Of a DNA stretch of 31,611 nucleotides, positions 15,580 through 23,991 are shown one piece after another; position 1 is the first letter of the stretch; every line of letters begins with the position of its first letter. Origin of the DNA: a virus (taxonomy: Duplodnaviria > Caudoviricetes); IMG/VR virus record IMGVR_UViG_3300033076_000135, positions 1 through 31,611 of that record. The stretch is one strand, 5' to 3'. The notes beneath the pieces were generated by a model. The model made no database searches. It saw only the letters and a program-made list of their open reading frames with translations, and was not told the DNA's origin. Made by a program: the position numbers and the translations under genes.

Positions 15580-15921
15580 TTACCCAACATTACGCTCAAA
15601 ATGAGGGCAATCAACCAGAGACTTGAAGTTGCCACCCCAGCGATTTTTGGGGTTCAGGCTCTCCCAGTATGCCCCAAGTGGAGCAAGCGTTGCCTTGTCC
15701 CAGATTATCTTTCCGTCCTTGAAGAAATTCAAGTCGATGGCGCACCGTTTGAGGTGGATTGAGTTCAAGGTCTTGGAACGGCCGGTTTGGACGTAAATCG
15801 CCTGCTGCTCGGGGGTTCGGGCCAGTTCCCCGCCGGTCACCATGAAGCCGTGCTCAGTGGCGTACTGGATCAGCCTGCATGCGTCCAGCAAAAATGCTGC
15901 TTGTTCTTGGCTCAGGCTCAT
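15580..15921 (-). CDS. M15-family peptidase endolysin
   Basis: Zn-ligand motifs S-I-H-x4-A-I-D and D-C-P-H-F-E, plus 'RTPEQQ' and 'RWGGNF'. Adjacent to a holin-like gene. Confidence 0.85.
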   Translation of the reverse strand: MSLSQEQAAFLLDACRLIQYATEHGFMVTGGELARTPEQQAIYVQTGRSKTLNSIHLKRCAIDLNFFKDGKIIWDKATLAPLGAYWESLNPKNRWGGNFKSLVDCPHFERNVG

Positions 15922-16451
15922 TTTGGGCCTCCCGACAGTTGCTTGATGGTCTCGTCTTTGTCCTTGGAGCCACGGGTTGTACCGAACTCAAAGGAGTAGA
16001 TGTTGTCCAGATACCCCAAAAAGCGGCCCAAAACGAGCGTCACGATGCCTTTGACGTATTCGTTGAGGCTTGGGGTGCTCCAGACCAAATAAACCATCCA
16101 AGCGACCGCTATAGCGGCCACGGCCACCATGATGTCGGCCCGATAGTTGTGGACGCCACGGCGGATGAACTCGGAATCCCGCTCCCGAGCACTGTCTCGA
16201 TCCTTGACCTCCTCTTTGAAGGCCTCCAGATCCTGCTTGGCCTTCTCGATGCCCAGTTCAAGCAGGCGCTCTTCGTGGTCAAACTGAAGCTGGCGCAACT
16301 TCTCGACGTCTTGAGGGCTTGGGTTATCTTCAATCTTGACGCCAAGGGCGTTTTCGACCACCTCTTTGCCCTTTGCTTGGATCGCAGATGACAAAAGGCC
16401 CAGACCATTCTGGGCCAATGTCGTCAGCAGGGCGGCTGCAATTGGGATCAT
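15918..16451 (-). CDS. putative holin (GTA 3TM holin-like)
   Basis: Hydrophobic N-terminus, coiled coil, 'DRDSARERD', two C-terminal hydrophobic helices and 'FEFGTTRGSKDKD'. Overlaps the endolysin start. Confidence 0.65.
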   Translation of the reverse strand: MIPIAAALLTTLAQNGLGLLSSAIQAKGKEVVENALGVKIEDNPSPQDVEKLRQLQFDHEERLLELGIEKAKQDLEAFKEEVKDRDSARERDSEFIRRGVHNYRADIMVAVAAIAVAWMVYLVWSTPSLNEYVKGIVTLVLGRFLGYLDNIYSFEFGTTRGSKDKDETIKQLSGGPK

Positions 16452-16867
16452 GTTGCACCTTTCGACGTCTGAATTTGATCTTGACCCTTAATTACCGTAA
16501 CCTTGTCACCTTCGACCGTCACGGACATGGGCGGCTCTTTTTCAGCCAGCTTGTCCAGTCGCTCGATCAAGGAGCGGATCACCTCGAACTCCGGCTTCTC
16601 CTGCTTTGGATTTGCCCCGGCGATGCCGTTGAGCATGGCAATCAATGCCGTCAATGCGGCCGATACCAAGCCGATCACAGCGGCAATTTTGGACTCTTCA
16701 AGCACCAAACTGGCCCCCACGCCGACAATCACGATGGCTGTGATGTATGCCAACCCATGCTTGCCAATAGCTTTGCCAGCCACCTCTTTGGCGGTGCTTT
16801 GAGCTTCAAGACGATTGAGTTCTGCCTGCGCTTGAGCTTTGAATAGCTTCAAATCGTTTTGCTCCAT
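16448..16867 (-). CDS. two-TM membrane protein in the lysis cassette (139 aa)
   Basis: Start moved to ATG 16867 (MEQNDLK). Two clear TM helices: LAYITAIVIVGVGASLVL and IAAVIGLVSAALTALIAML. Confidence 0.65.
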   Translation of the reverse strand: MEQNDLKLFKAQAQAELNRLEAQSTAKEVAGKAIGKHGLAYITAIVIVGVGASLVLEESKIAAVIGLVSAALTALIAMLNGIAGANPKQEKPEFEVIRSLIERLDKLAEKEPPMSVTVEGDKVTVIKGQDQIQTSKGAT

Positions 16868-16874
16868 GGCATCC

Positions 16875-17090
16875 TCAAATTCCAACCAGCTTTTTGACAA
16901 ATTCAGCCGCAACGCCGGGGCCAAGCAAGACGACAGCGATCACAACGTAGAGCAGGTATTCGATCTTGGTCATCCGCTTGTGACCATCGTCAAAGCGATT
17001 CTGAATGCCTTCATACCGTTGAGCACAAATTGCCTCGTGGACACTTAACCGCTTATCGGTCTCAGTGGCAAGTTCGTGAGTAGCCTCCAT
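16875..17090 (-). CDS. small coiled-coil protein with a C-terminal TM helix
   Basis: RLSVHEAICAQRYEGIQNRF...IEYLLYVVIAVVLLG. This architecture is common next to phage lysis genes. Confidence 0.7.
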   Translation of the reverse strand: MEATHELATETDKRLSVHEAICAQRYEGIQNRFDDGHKRMTKIEYLLYVVIAVVLLGPGVAAEFVKKLVGI

Positions 17091-17093
17091 TGC

Positions 17094-17276
17094 TCAAGAC
17101 TCCTTGACGTCTTTGACATCCTCTTGAGGTGCCAGTTGCGCGTCTGCTTGAGTCTTGACCTTCATCGCAACAGGGTAAGCGCCGGATTTTGTCGGCAACT
17201 CACTCAGGCCAGCAAGAATGAGGTTGATCTCGTCAATCGTGAGGTTTTGCAGTGTGATCATGGTTGTGTCGGCCAT
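17094..17276 (-). CDS. hypothetical protein (60 aa)
   Basis: LTIDEINLILAGLSELP-type small ORF, packed between the chaperone and lysis genes. Confidence 0.65.
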   Translation of the reverse strand: MADTTMITLQNLTIDEINLILAGLSELPTKSGAYPVAMKVKTQADAQLAPQEDVKDVKES

Positions 17277-17704
17277 TCAATAGTCCAAGGGAACCCAGCC
17301 TGCGCGGTGATGTCGCGCAGCGCCTGACGGTATGCAGCCCAAGCCGCTTTGTCCACGGGGGAGTCAGCGACCTGAGTCCAGTCGCACTCGGCGAGCTTTG
17401 CCTTGCGTTGGTCACGGATGGCTTGTGCTTGCGCGGTGTCTTTCGCAGCGATAGCTTCGGCGTCCATGTCGGCCACGGAATACTTGGTGTACCAAGCGCC
17501 GTCGATCTGCTCCACACCGTCGCGGAATGCAACTTGGTATCGTGTGGGTTGCGCTGCCGGGCCTTCCAGTACGGGGTCGACGCCAATCGCCTCCATGACT
17601 TCCGGGGTCAGTTGGTCGTAGGACGGGCCGTCGTTGGCGAGTAGGTAGGCTCGCAGTTCGCTTTCAAACATCACTGCGCCGGTGGCGCGGATTCGGATTT
17701 CCAT
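17258..17704 (-). CDS. tail fibre assembly chaperone
   Basis: C-terminal IRDQRKAKLAECDWTQVADSP...WAAYRQALRDITAQAGFPWTIEWPTQP is the phage tail assembly chaperone signature. Follows a fibre gene. Confidence 0.85.
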   Translation of the reverse strand: MEIRIRATGAVMFESELRAYLLANDGPSYDQLTPEVMEAIGVDPVLEGPAAQPTRYQVAFRDGVEQIDGAWYTKYSVADMDAEAIAAKDTAQAQAIRDQRKAKLAECDWTQVADSPVDKAAWAAYRQALRDITAQAGFPWTIEWPTQP

Positions 17705-17713
17705 GATTACTCC

Positions 17714-19729
17714 TTACGCAATTGCGAGGTAAATATAGCTGGCAGCGTTTGTGTTGATTGCAGCCAAGACTGATGCGTTAACCGCGAACCCTGTGGTGAC
17801 GGTGGTAACAGAACCAAGCGTTGCAGATTCAGCCGCAGTGCTGTTGAGCAGCAGATACGGGTCTGTCAGTGTTGTCATGCCACGGGCTGTGTCGTAGACG
17901 TACCAATCGCCTGTGCTGTCGGTGCGCTTAATGAGCACGAACCGAGCACCACCAGTGAAGCCGCAATCAATGGTTTGGGTTGAGCCGTTTCCTGTGTAGC
18001 TGCCGACCTTGCTCACGCCGGGGCAGGTGGCAAAGAGGTAAGCGGCATACGCATCAGCCGCACTGTTTGTTGAGCCGGATGTTCCTACGGTGAAAACCGA
18101 CGACGTTGGTGCTGTATCGTTCCACGGGGCGGTTGCCGTCGCAGAGGCCGATGTTTGGTTGAGGTTCAAGTACTTTGTCGCGCCAAGCGTTGCCGAGTAA
18201 ACAAACCAGTTCGTGGAGGCACTGCGGTCTTTCACGATCATCAACTCAGGGGTCGCTGCCAAATTGTGATTGAACGTGGTAGCGCTACCAGTCCCCGTAT
18301 AGCAAACCTCATCAAAGAACTTGGGCGCACGGCGGAAGCTCCAGAAAATGTCGTTCGCGTTGGCGTACCCGGCATTCATCAAGAACCCGGTGTTGTTCCA
18401 GCCGTATGTGAACCCGATCGAGTTTGCGTCCCCGGCTGTGCTGTAGGTCAAGAAATACGTCTCTGTGGTCGAGTCGGTGGGCGCGGTGCTGATGCCACGC
18501 AAACGGTCTTCCAAAGCCGTTCCGCCGCCGGAGCGGTACGTCGCCATCGTCATGTCGACCGGGAAATTGGTGCTGATCTGTGTGCCTTGCGCCACGTTCA
18601 CCGCATTGGGGCTGAAAACCTGGGTCGCGTCTGTCGGCACCTTCATTGGGCCACGACGAATGGCGATGTAGATCCAGTTGGTGTTGGCGTTTTGCTGCTC
18701 CACGGTGAACCCTGTGGCGGCAGGATTGTTGACGAACGCGCTAGACTCGGCGCTGGTCGCGTTGGGGTACAAGGATTGCGCGTAACCGGCGCTGCCCGGC
18801 ATTCCGCGCATGACGTCGTTGATGTACCAGTTTTGCGCTGTGTCTGTGCTTTTCATCAACACCCATTGTGGCTCGTATCCGAGCGTCACGGTCGCTTTGC
18901 CGCTGCTGTTTGTCGCAAAAGAGCCGCAAGAAATCACGTTGTCTGTGCCATTCAGGCCAAATCCCCCGGCATTGTGGGCGAAGATGTAGGCGACGTAGGT
19001 CACGCCGCTGGAATTTACTTCCGCTGCGGCAGAAATCGTGAAATTGGTGCTTGTTGGCGCTGCGTAAGTCGTTCCGTCACCCCACAAATACCCGCCCGCA
19101 GAACCGAACGTCGATGTGGAGTCGAGTTGCCCGTAGCCGTTGCCAGAATTGAACGCCCGGTGCCAAACCCACCAACTCCCCGCAGCGCTCACACTCTTCA
19201 CAAGGATGCACCCCGGCGTGGAACCGAGATTGTGTGAAATCGTGCGGCTGTTGGTGGCGTTGCCCGTGTACGTCACGATGTCGAAAAACTTTGCTTGCTT
19301 GCGGAATGTCCAAGCGTCAAAGTTCGCGGTGTTCGCGTTGGTGATCCGACGGCTGGTTGGGTATGCTGTGTTGGTGTTGACCGTGAATCCCGTTGTGGAC
19401 GGCGAAGACAACCAGTCAAACATCGTCCCGCCACCCTCAGCGCTGTTGGTGTTTGGAGAAAGGACTTTATTTTGCGTGCTGAGATAACCCGTCCCGAAGC
19501 CCCTGGCTGTGTCCCAAATTCCGTGGTTGGCGGAAAAGCTGCGCACCTTGACCCAAACCATGCCGCCGTACGTGGACAGGTCGATGTTCGCGGGGATGGC
19601 TTGGGAGGTGCCATTGCCATTGTAGATGTAGTTGTTGAACACGTCCTCGATGTAGACAGCAGTACCGGTCTTCGCGAACTCACCAAAACCTTGCGACGAG
19701 GCCGCGCCTTTGCTTTCAATGATTGGCAT
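17714..19729 (-). CDS. tail fibre / receptor-binding protein with tandem beta modules (671 aa)
   Basis: Start moved to ATG 19729 (MPIIESKG). Repeated modules (YTGN...HNLG..P...VK; CGSF/VGSY...GYEP/GFTGG...W..YD..RG) occur in two tandem copies. Confidence 0.7.
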   Translation of the reverse strand: MPIIESKGAASSQGFGEFAKTGTAVYIEDVFNNYIYNGNGTSQAIPANIDLSTYGGMVWVKVRSFSANHGIWDTARGFGTGYLSTQNKVLSPNTNSAEGGGTMFDWLSSPSTTGFTVNTNTAYPTSRRITNANTANFDAWTFRKQAKFFDIVTYTGNATNSRTISHNLGSTPGCILVKSVSAAGSWWVWHRAFNSGNGYGQLDSTSTFGSAGGYLWGDGTTYAAPTSTNFTISAAAEVNSSGVTYVAYIFAHNAGGFGLNGTDNVISCGSFATNSSGKATVTLGYEPQWVLMKSTDTAQNWYINDVMRGMPGSAGYAQSLYPNATSAESSAFVNNPAATGFTVEQQNANTNWIYIAIRRGPMKVPTDATQVFSPNAVNVAQGTQISTNFPVDMTMATYRSGGGTALEDRLRGISTAPTDSTTETYFLTYSTAGDANSIGFTYGWNNTGFLMNAGYANANDIFWSFRRAPKFFDEVCYTGTGSATTFNHNLAATPELMIVKDRSASTNWFVYSATLGATKYLNLNQTSASATATAPWNDTAPTSSVFTVGTSGSTNSAADAYAAYLFATCPGVSKVGSYTGNGSTQTIDCGFTGGARFVLIKRTDSTGDWYVYDTARGMTTLTDPYLLLNSTAAESATLGSVTTVTTGFAVNASVLAAINTNAASYIYLAIA

Positions 19730-19739
19730 TTTTAAGGCC

Positions 19740-20648
19740 TTACTTGAACTGGGTTTGGGACGCAAACACAGTGAATGTCGCGGAACCGGTCTTCACAATC
19801 GTGTAGACGTATGCGTCAACGCCTGAAGCATTTCCAGAACTCCACGCTGTGCCGCCTTGGTATTTAGGCGTGACAGACGCGCCGTCAACCTGTACTGCGC
19901 TGTTGTAGTAAGCGGTGGAGCCTTGCGTCACCAAAAACGCAACGGTCATGGACTCGCCCGTCGACATGACGGAATCAAGGCTTGTGCCGCTTGAGCCACG
20001 GAAGTTGACTGTCCAGTTGGCCGAGGCGTTGCTGGTGTAGTAAACAACAGACTGCGTCGTGATGTCGTAGTTGATCGTGCCCGTAGCCGCAGTTGCAGAC
20101 ACCGTGCAGACCTCTTTTGCGTTTGCCAACTTTGCCGCAGCAACACTTGAGGAACCGCTGAAAGTCTGAAGAGCAGTAAACGACGTGGCAGTCCCGGGGG
20201 CGACATAGTCTGTGCCAGCAGTGGCTGCACTCAGAGCGGTTCCGTTGCCCTTCAAAACACCTGTAATGCTGGTCGCAAGAGTCAGGGCTGGAGTTGATCC
20301 TCCAGAGCTTGTGCCCGTAAAACCGTTGGCCGAAGCAATTGACACCGCAGTCACTGTGCCGCCGGAGCCAGTAGCCGACAGGGTGCCGCCAGAAAAGCTG
20401 ATGCCGGAACCGATGGTGACATTGCTGAAACCGCCGGAGCCGTTGCCATACAGGATGGAAGAGCCGGACGTTGCGGAAGTGGCATTCGATGCCAGCAGCT
20501 TAACCGTGCCAGATGCGTTCTTGAAGTACAGCTTTTCGTCAGTCAAGTTGATGGCAAGTTCGCCATCAGACAAATTTCCAGCAGACGGAGTGGCAGACGC
20601 TGTGCTGGTTCTGTACAGTTGAATTGGGGTGAAGCCTGTTGCAGCCAT
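19740..20648 (-). CDS. tail fibre protein with an Mtd-N-like N-terminal domain
   Basis: N-terminal 'IQLYRTSTASATPSAGNLSDGELAINLTDEKLYFK', followed by an S/T/G-rich shaft and a C-terminal beta domain. Confidence 0.7.
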   Translation of the reverse strand: MAATGFTPIQLYRTSTASATPSAGNLSDGELAINLTDEKLYFKNASGTVKLLASNATSATSGSSILYGNGSGGFSNVTIGSGISFSGGTLSATGSGGTVTAVSIASANGFTGTSSGGSTPALTLATSITGVLKGNGTALSAATAGTDYVAPGTATSFTALQTFSGSSSVAAAKLANAKEVCTVSATAATGTINYDITTQSVVYYTSNASANWTVNFRGSSGTSLDSVMSTGESMTVAFLVTQGSTAYYNSAVQVDGASVTPKYQGGTAWSSGNASGVDAYVYTIVKTGSATFTVFASQTQFK

Positions 20649-23647
20649 TAGAAAGTACCTCCGGAGATGCCGCTCGTTGCGGTCACGGTTGTGAATTTAC
20701 CAGTTGATGCAGTGGTTGCGCCAATCGCTGTTCCATCAATTGCACCACCCGTGATCGCCACGCTGTTGGCGTTTTGAGTTGACATTGTCCCCAAGCCAGT
20801 GATCGCCGTGTTTGGGATCGTGGTCGAGGCTGTCATGGTGCTTGTGCCGTTGCCGTACACATAGCCTGTCAGGGTTGTGGCTCCAGTGCCGCCGTTGGCT
20901 GGAACTAGCGTGCCACCCAGTGTCAGGGTTCCGGAAACGGTGATCGGGCCACCAGTCAAGGTCAAGCCAGTCGTGCCGCCAGAGCCGCTCACGCTGGTCA
21001 CCGTACCGCCTGCGGCAGGTGTTGCACTAATTGTGATGCCGCCAGCCGAGTTGGTGATCGAGACGTTTGTGCCAGCAGTCAGGGTGGCGAGAGAGTAGCC
21101 AGATCCGTTACCAATCGGCAACTGACCATTGGTTGGGGTGGCTGTCAGGCCTGTGCCGCCATATGCCACACCAATCGCGCTTGCGTTCCATGCTCCGGAC
21201 GTCAGGGTGCCCACGGCTGTGATGCCGGTGTAAGAGCCACTCAGACGGCCTGTTGGCAGCGTCCCGGACGAGATGTTGGAGGCATTGGTCGTGTCAGTCG
21301 TTGCAGAGGCTGCAAGACCCGATACAGCGCCAGCCGAGATGGCAATCGAGGTGTTGGTGACCGAAGTGACCCGGCCGTAGGTGTCCACGGCAAAAACAGG
21401 AACCTGCGAGGCAGAGCCATAGGTGGCCGCAGCAACACCTGATGTTGCCAAAGCAATAGTCACCGGAGTGGAGCCTGTATAGCTTGTGCCGGCCAGGCCA
21501 GTGCCAATCGTCAAGGCATTTGGGTTTGCGGCCGTGATCGTGCCAGACCCACCTAGCGAGATGCTCGTGCCGTTGACCGTCAGGCTGCTGTTAGCAAGGA
21601 ATGAGTTGCTGAACGTGCCAGACGTCACTTGGCTTGCAGCAATCGCAATCGAGGTGTTGCTGGCACTGGTGACTTGACCTTGGGCGTTGATTGCCAAGGT
21701 CGGAACCTGAGAAGCTGTACCGTATGAAGCCGCAGTCACCCCGGTGTTCGAGATGTTGAATGTGGTCGACGGAGACAGGTTCAGGCCAGTGCCAGCGCTG
21801 TACAGAATGGATTGGCTGAACTGAGCGAATGTGATGGCTGTTGTGCCAAAGGTGATCGTGCCAACCGTGTTGCACACATACGACTCACCTGCGCCAGTCA
21901 GGCCTTCTTGGATGAAGAAGTAAGAGCCTTGACCCAACGCTGTTGGGCTGTTCGCGCCATATGTGTTTGCGTCAGTTGCACGGGTCAAAACCCAGTTTGT
22001 TGACGGGGAGCCAGTGTTGGTGACGGTATAGACGCCGTTCTGAGAAGCAGTCGTCTGGTTGTACACCAGCACTCGGTCGCCAACAATCATCGTGATGCCG
22101 TCGATCACCAAGGCGGCCTGCGTGCCAGCATTGGTCAGCGTAGCACCAACGCCTGCTGTGCCGTTGTTGTAGGTGGCGTTCAGGTTGCCAAAAGCCTCTG
22201 GAACCTCAACACGGCAAGCGGGGTGGATGTCGATGCCAGCGGCAACCTGTTCATCCACATACTGCTTGTTCACCAAGTCATTGGCGCTTGATGGCGCTGT
22301 GGAGACAGTGCCTGATGTGGCCGTCATGCTGGTGAATGTTCCAGCCGCAGGAGTTGACCCGCCAATCGTTGTGCCGTTGATCGAGCCGCCGGTGATCGCC
22401 ACACTGCTGGCGTTCTGGGTGGACATTGTGCCAAGACCAGTGATCTGCGTGTTGGCGATTGCAATCGGAGTCTCAGCCAATGCCGTCAATTGGCCCTGAG
22501 CATTCACAGTGGCCGTCAATGTCTTGCTGGCCGCGCCATACGATGCAGCAGTCACGCCGGTATTGGCAATACCGATGGTGACCGGGGTGGAACCGTCATA
22601 GCTTGTCCCACTCAACCCTGTGCCAATTGTGAGCGCATTGGCCGCAGCGGCCGTGATGGTTCCAGACCCGCCAAGAGAAATTGTCGTGCCGTTGACGGTG
22701 AGAGAACTGTTTGCCAGTTGGACGTTCGAGACCGTTCCGCTCAGATCGCTTGTCGGGATTGTGGTTGACGCCGACATGGCCGAAGAGCCATTTCCTTTGA
22801 CATACCCGGTCAAAGATGTCGCGCCAGTTCCACCATTGCCGGCATTCAGCGTGCCACCAAGGGTTACCGCACCGGTTGTTGCCGTCGCTGGAGTCAGGCC
22901 AGTGCCGCCACCGCTGAAGCTATCAACGCCAGCACCTTGAGAGAAGGCCAGCCAGTCAGAGCCATTGAAGCCGTCGAAGGTGTTGGTGGTGGTGTTGAAC
23001 CGGAATTGACCCGGCGTTCCGACAGGCTGCTCCGAGACAGAGCCAGACGGCAAAGTCACAGCGCCAGTGCCGGGCAGAACAGGGTTGTCTGCCAAGCCAA
23101 TTGTTGGGTTTCCGCCACCGTTTCCGTTGGTCACACCGATCTGGTTGGCCGTGCCAAGGATCTGGCGACCAGCAATTGTCGCGCCACCCACCACGGCCAG
23201 CATGCCAGTGCCGCTGATGTTTGCCAAAGCGGCAGCAAGGCCAGTCAATTGGAATGTGGGGTTCGCGCCTGTGCCGTCGCCGTTGGACACGCTCAGGCCG
23301 TTGCCAGAGGTCTCCAGCGTGCGGGCAACAACGGAAGTCGATCCGTTTTTGACGATGATGCCGGACGAGGCCGCCTCAAGGCTGCCAGAAGCGCCATTCA
23401 GGCTGATTCGGTAGAACGACGTGGCTCCGCCATCGGTCAGGCCAAGGCCAGTGCCTGTGGACAGGTATCGGCTGTTTGGCAGCGTCAGTTCCTGATTTTT
23501 GGTCAGGAAGGTCTGGGTCTGCGATGGGCTGGCCGCAATGGCTGCGGTCGTGGTCTTGTACGTCCCGCCGTTCTGGACGATGGGGACAAGTTCCGTGCCA
23601 GTGATTGGGCCAGCGTCTGGCAGTTGGGTGATGGTTTGATTTGCCAT
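20648..23647 (-). CDS. long tail fibre protein (999 aa)
   Basis: Extremely G/T/S/A-rich with duplicated modules, an 'ANDLVNKQYVD' motif, a 'RVLVYNQTTASQNGVY...LTRATD' domain and a C-terminal ISGGTF. Confidence 0.75.
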   Translation of the reverse strand: MANQTITQLPDAGPITGTELVPIVQNGGTYKTTTAAIAASPSQTQTFLTKNQELTLPNSRYLSTGTGLGLTDGGATSFYRISLNGASGSLEAASSGIIVKNGSTSVVARTLETSGNGLSVSNGDGTGANPTFQLTGLAAALANISGTGMLAVVGGATIAGRQILGTANQIGVTNGNGGGNPTIGLADNPVLPGTGAVTLPSGSVSEQPVGTPGQFRFNTTTNTFDGFNGSDWLAFSQGAGVDSFSGGGTGLTPATATTGAVTLGGTLNAGNGGTGATSLTGYVKGNGSSAMSASTTIPTSDLSGTVSNVQLANSSLTVNGTTISLGGSGTITAAAANALTIGTGLSGTSYDGSTPVTIGIANTGVTAASYGAASKTLTATVNAQGQLTALAETPIAIANTQITGLGTMSTQNASSVAITGGSINGTTIGGSTPAAGTFTSMTATSGTVSTAPSSANDLVNKQYVDEQVAAGIDIHPACRVEVPEAFGNLNATYNNGTAGVGATLTNAGTQAALVIDGITMIVGDRVLVYNQTTASQNGVYTVTNTGSPSTNWVLTRATDANTYGANSPTALGQGSYFFIQEGLTGAGESYVCNTVGTITFGTTAITFAQFSQSILYSAGTGLNLSPSTTFNISNTGVTAASYGTASQVPTLAINAQGQVTSASNTSIAIAASQVTSGTFSNSFLANSSLTVNGTSISLGGSGTITAANPNALTIGTGLAGTSYTGSTPVTIALATSGVAAATYGSASQVPVFAVDTYGRVTSVTNTSIAISAGAVSGLAASATTDTTNASNISSGTLPTGRLSGSYTGITAVGTLTSGAWNASAIGVAYGGTGLTATPTNGQLPIGNGSGYSLATLTAGTNVSITNSAGGITISATPAAGGTVTSVSGSGGTTGLTLTGGPITVSGTLTLGGTLVPANGGTGATTLTGYVYGNGTSTMTASTTIPNTAITGLGTMSTQNANSVAITGGAIDGTAIGATTASTGKFTTVTATSGISGGTF

Positions 23648-23988
23648 TATGGTGTCACCGAAATTCCGTCAAGGTTACCGTTGTTCTCCGGATCTTGGGT
23701 GTTGCCCTCGGTGGAGATAACCCAATCACCCTGATTGTCCGTCACAAGGTTGTTTGGATCAACTGCAACCGACACGTCTGGGCGTGGGAAGCGCAGGTTG
23801 ATCCGCTCTGTTTTTCTCGCAGGCAAGCGATAGGGGTCTTTTTCGTCCGCGCACCCCTGTTGGCAGACGCGCAACCCCGGGAAGTTGGGGTCGGGCATCT
23901 GCTCGTCCATGGGGCGCTTCATGCGGCAACGGTCGCAGATGAAAATCGCCAGCGAGGCGTTGCCGATGGTGTCGAGAAACATCCCCAT
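23647..23988 (-). CDS. Cys4 (putative Zn-binding) virion-module protein
   Basis: CDRC...VCQQGC within the structural operon. Confidence 0.65.
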   Translation of the reverse strand: MGMFLDTIGNASLAIFICDRCRMKRPMDEQMPDPNFPGLRVCQQGCADEKDPYRLPARKTERINLRFPRPDVSVAVDPNNLVTDNQGDWVISTEGNTQDPENNGNLDGISVTP

Positions 23989-23991
23989 GGC

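Noticed and set aside
14476-15762. 428-aa + strand ORF, and similar long + strand ORFs (3979-5151, 11921-12946, 18155-19237, 23641-24768, 26571-27755, 30560-31486)
   Set aside because: These are antisense shadows of well-supported minus-strand genes in GC-rich DNA, with no recognisable motifs.
17714-19729. Possible diversity-generating retroelement target, given the nearby Mtd-N-like domain
   Set aside because: No reverse transcriptase and no near-identical template/variable repeat pair differing at adenines were seen in the window.
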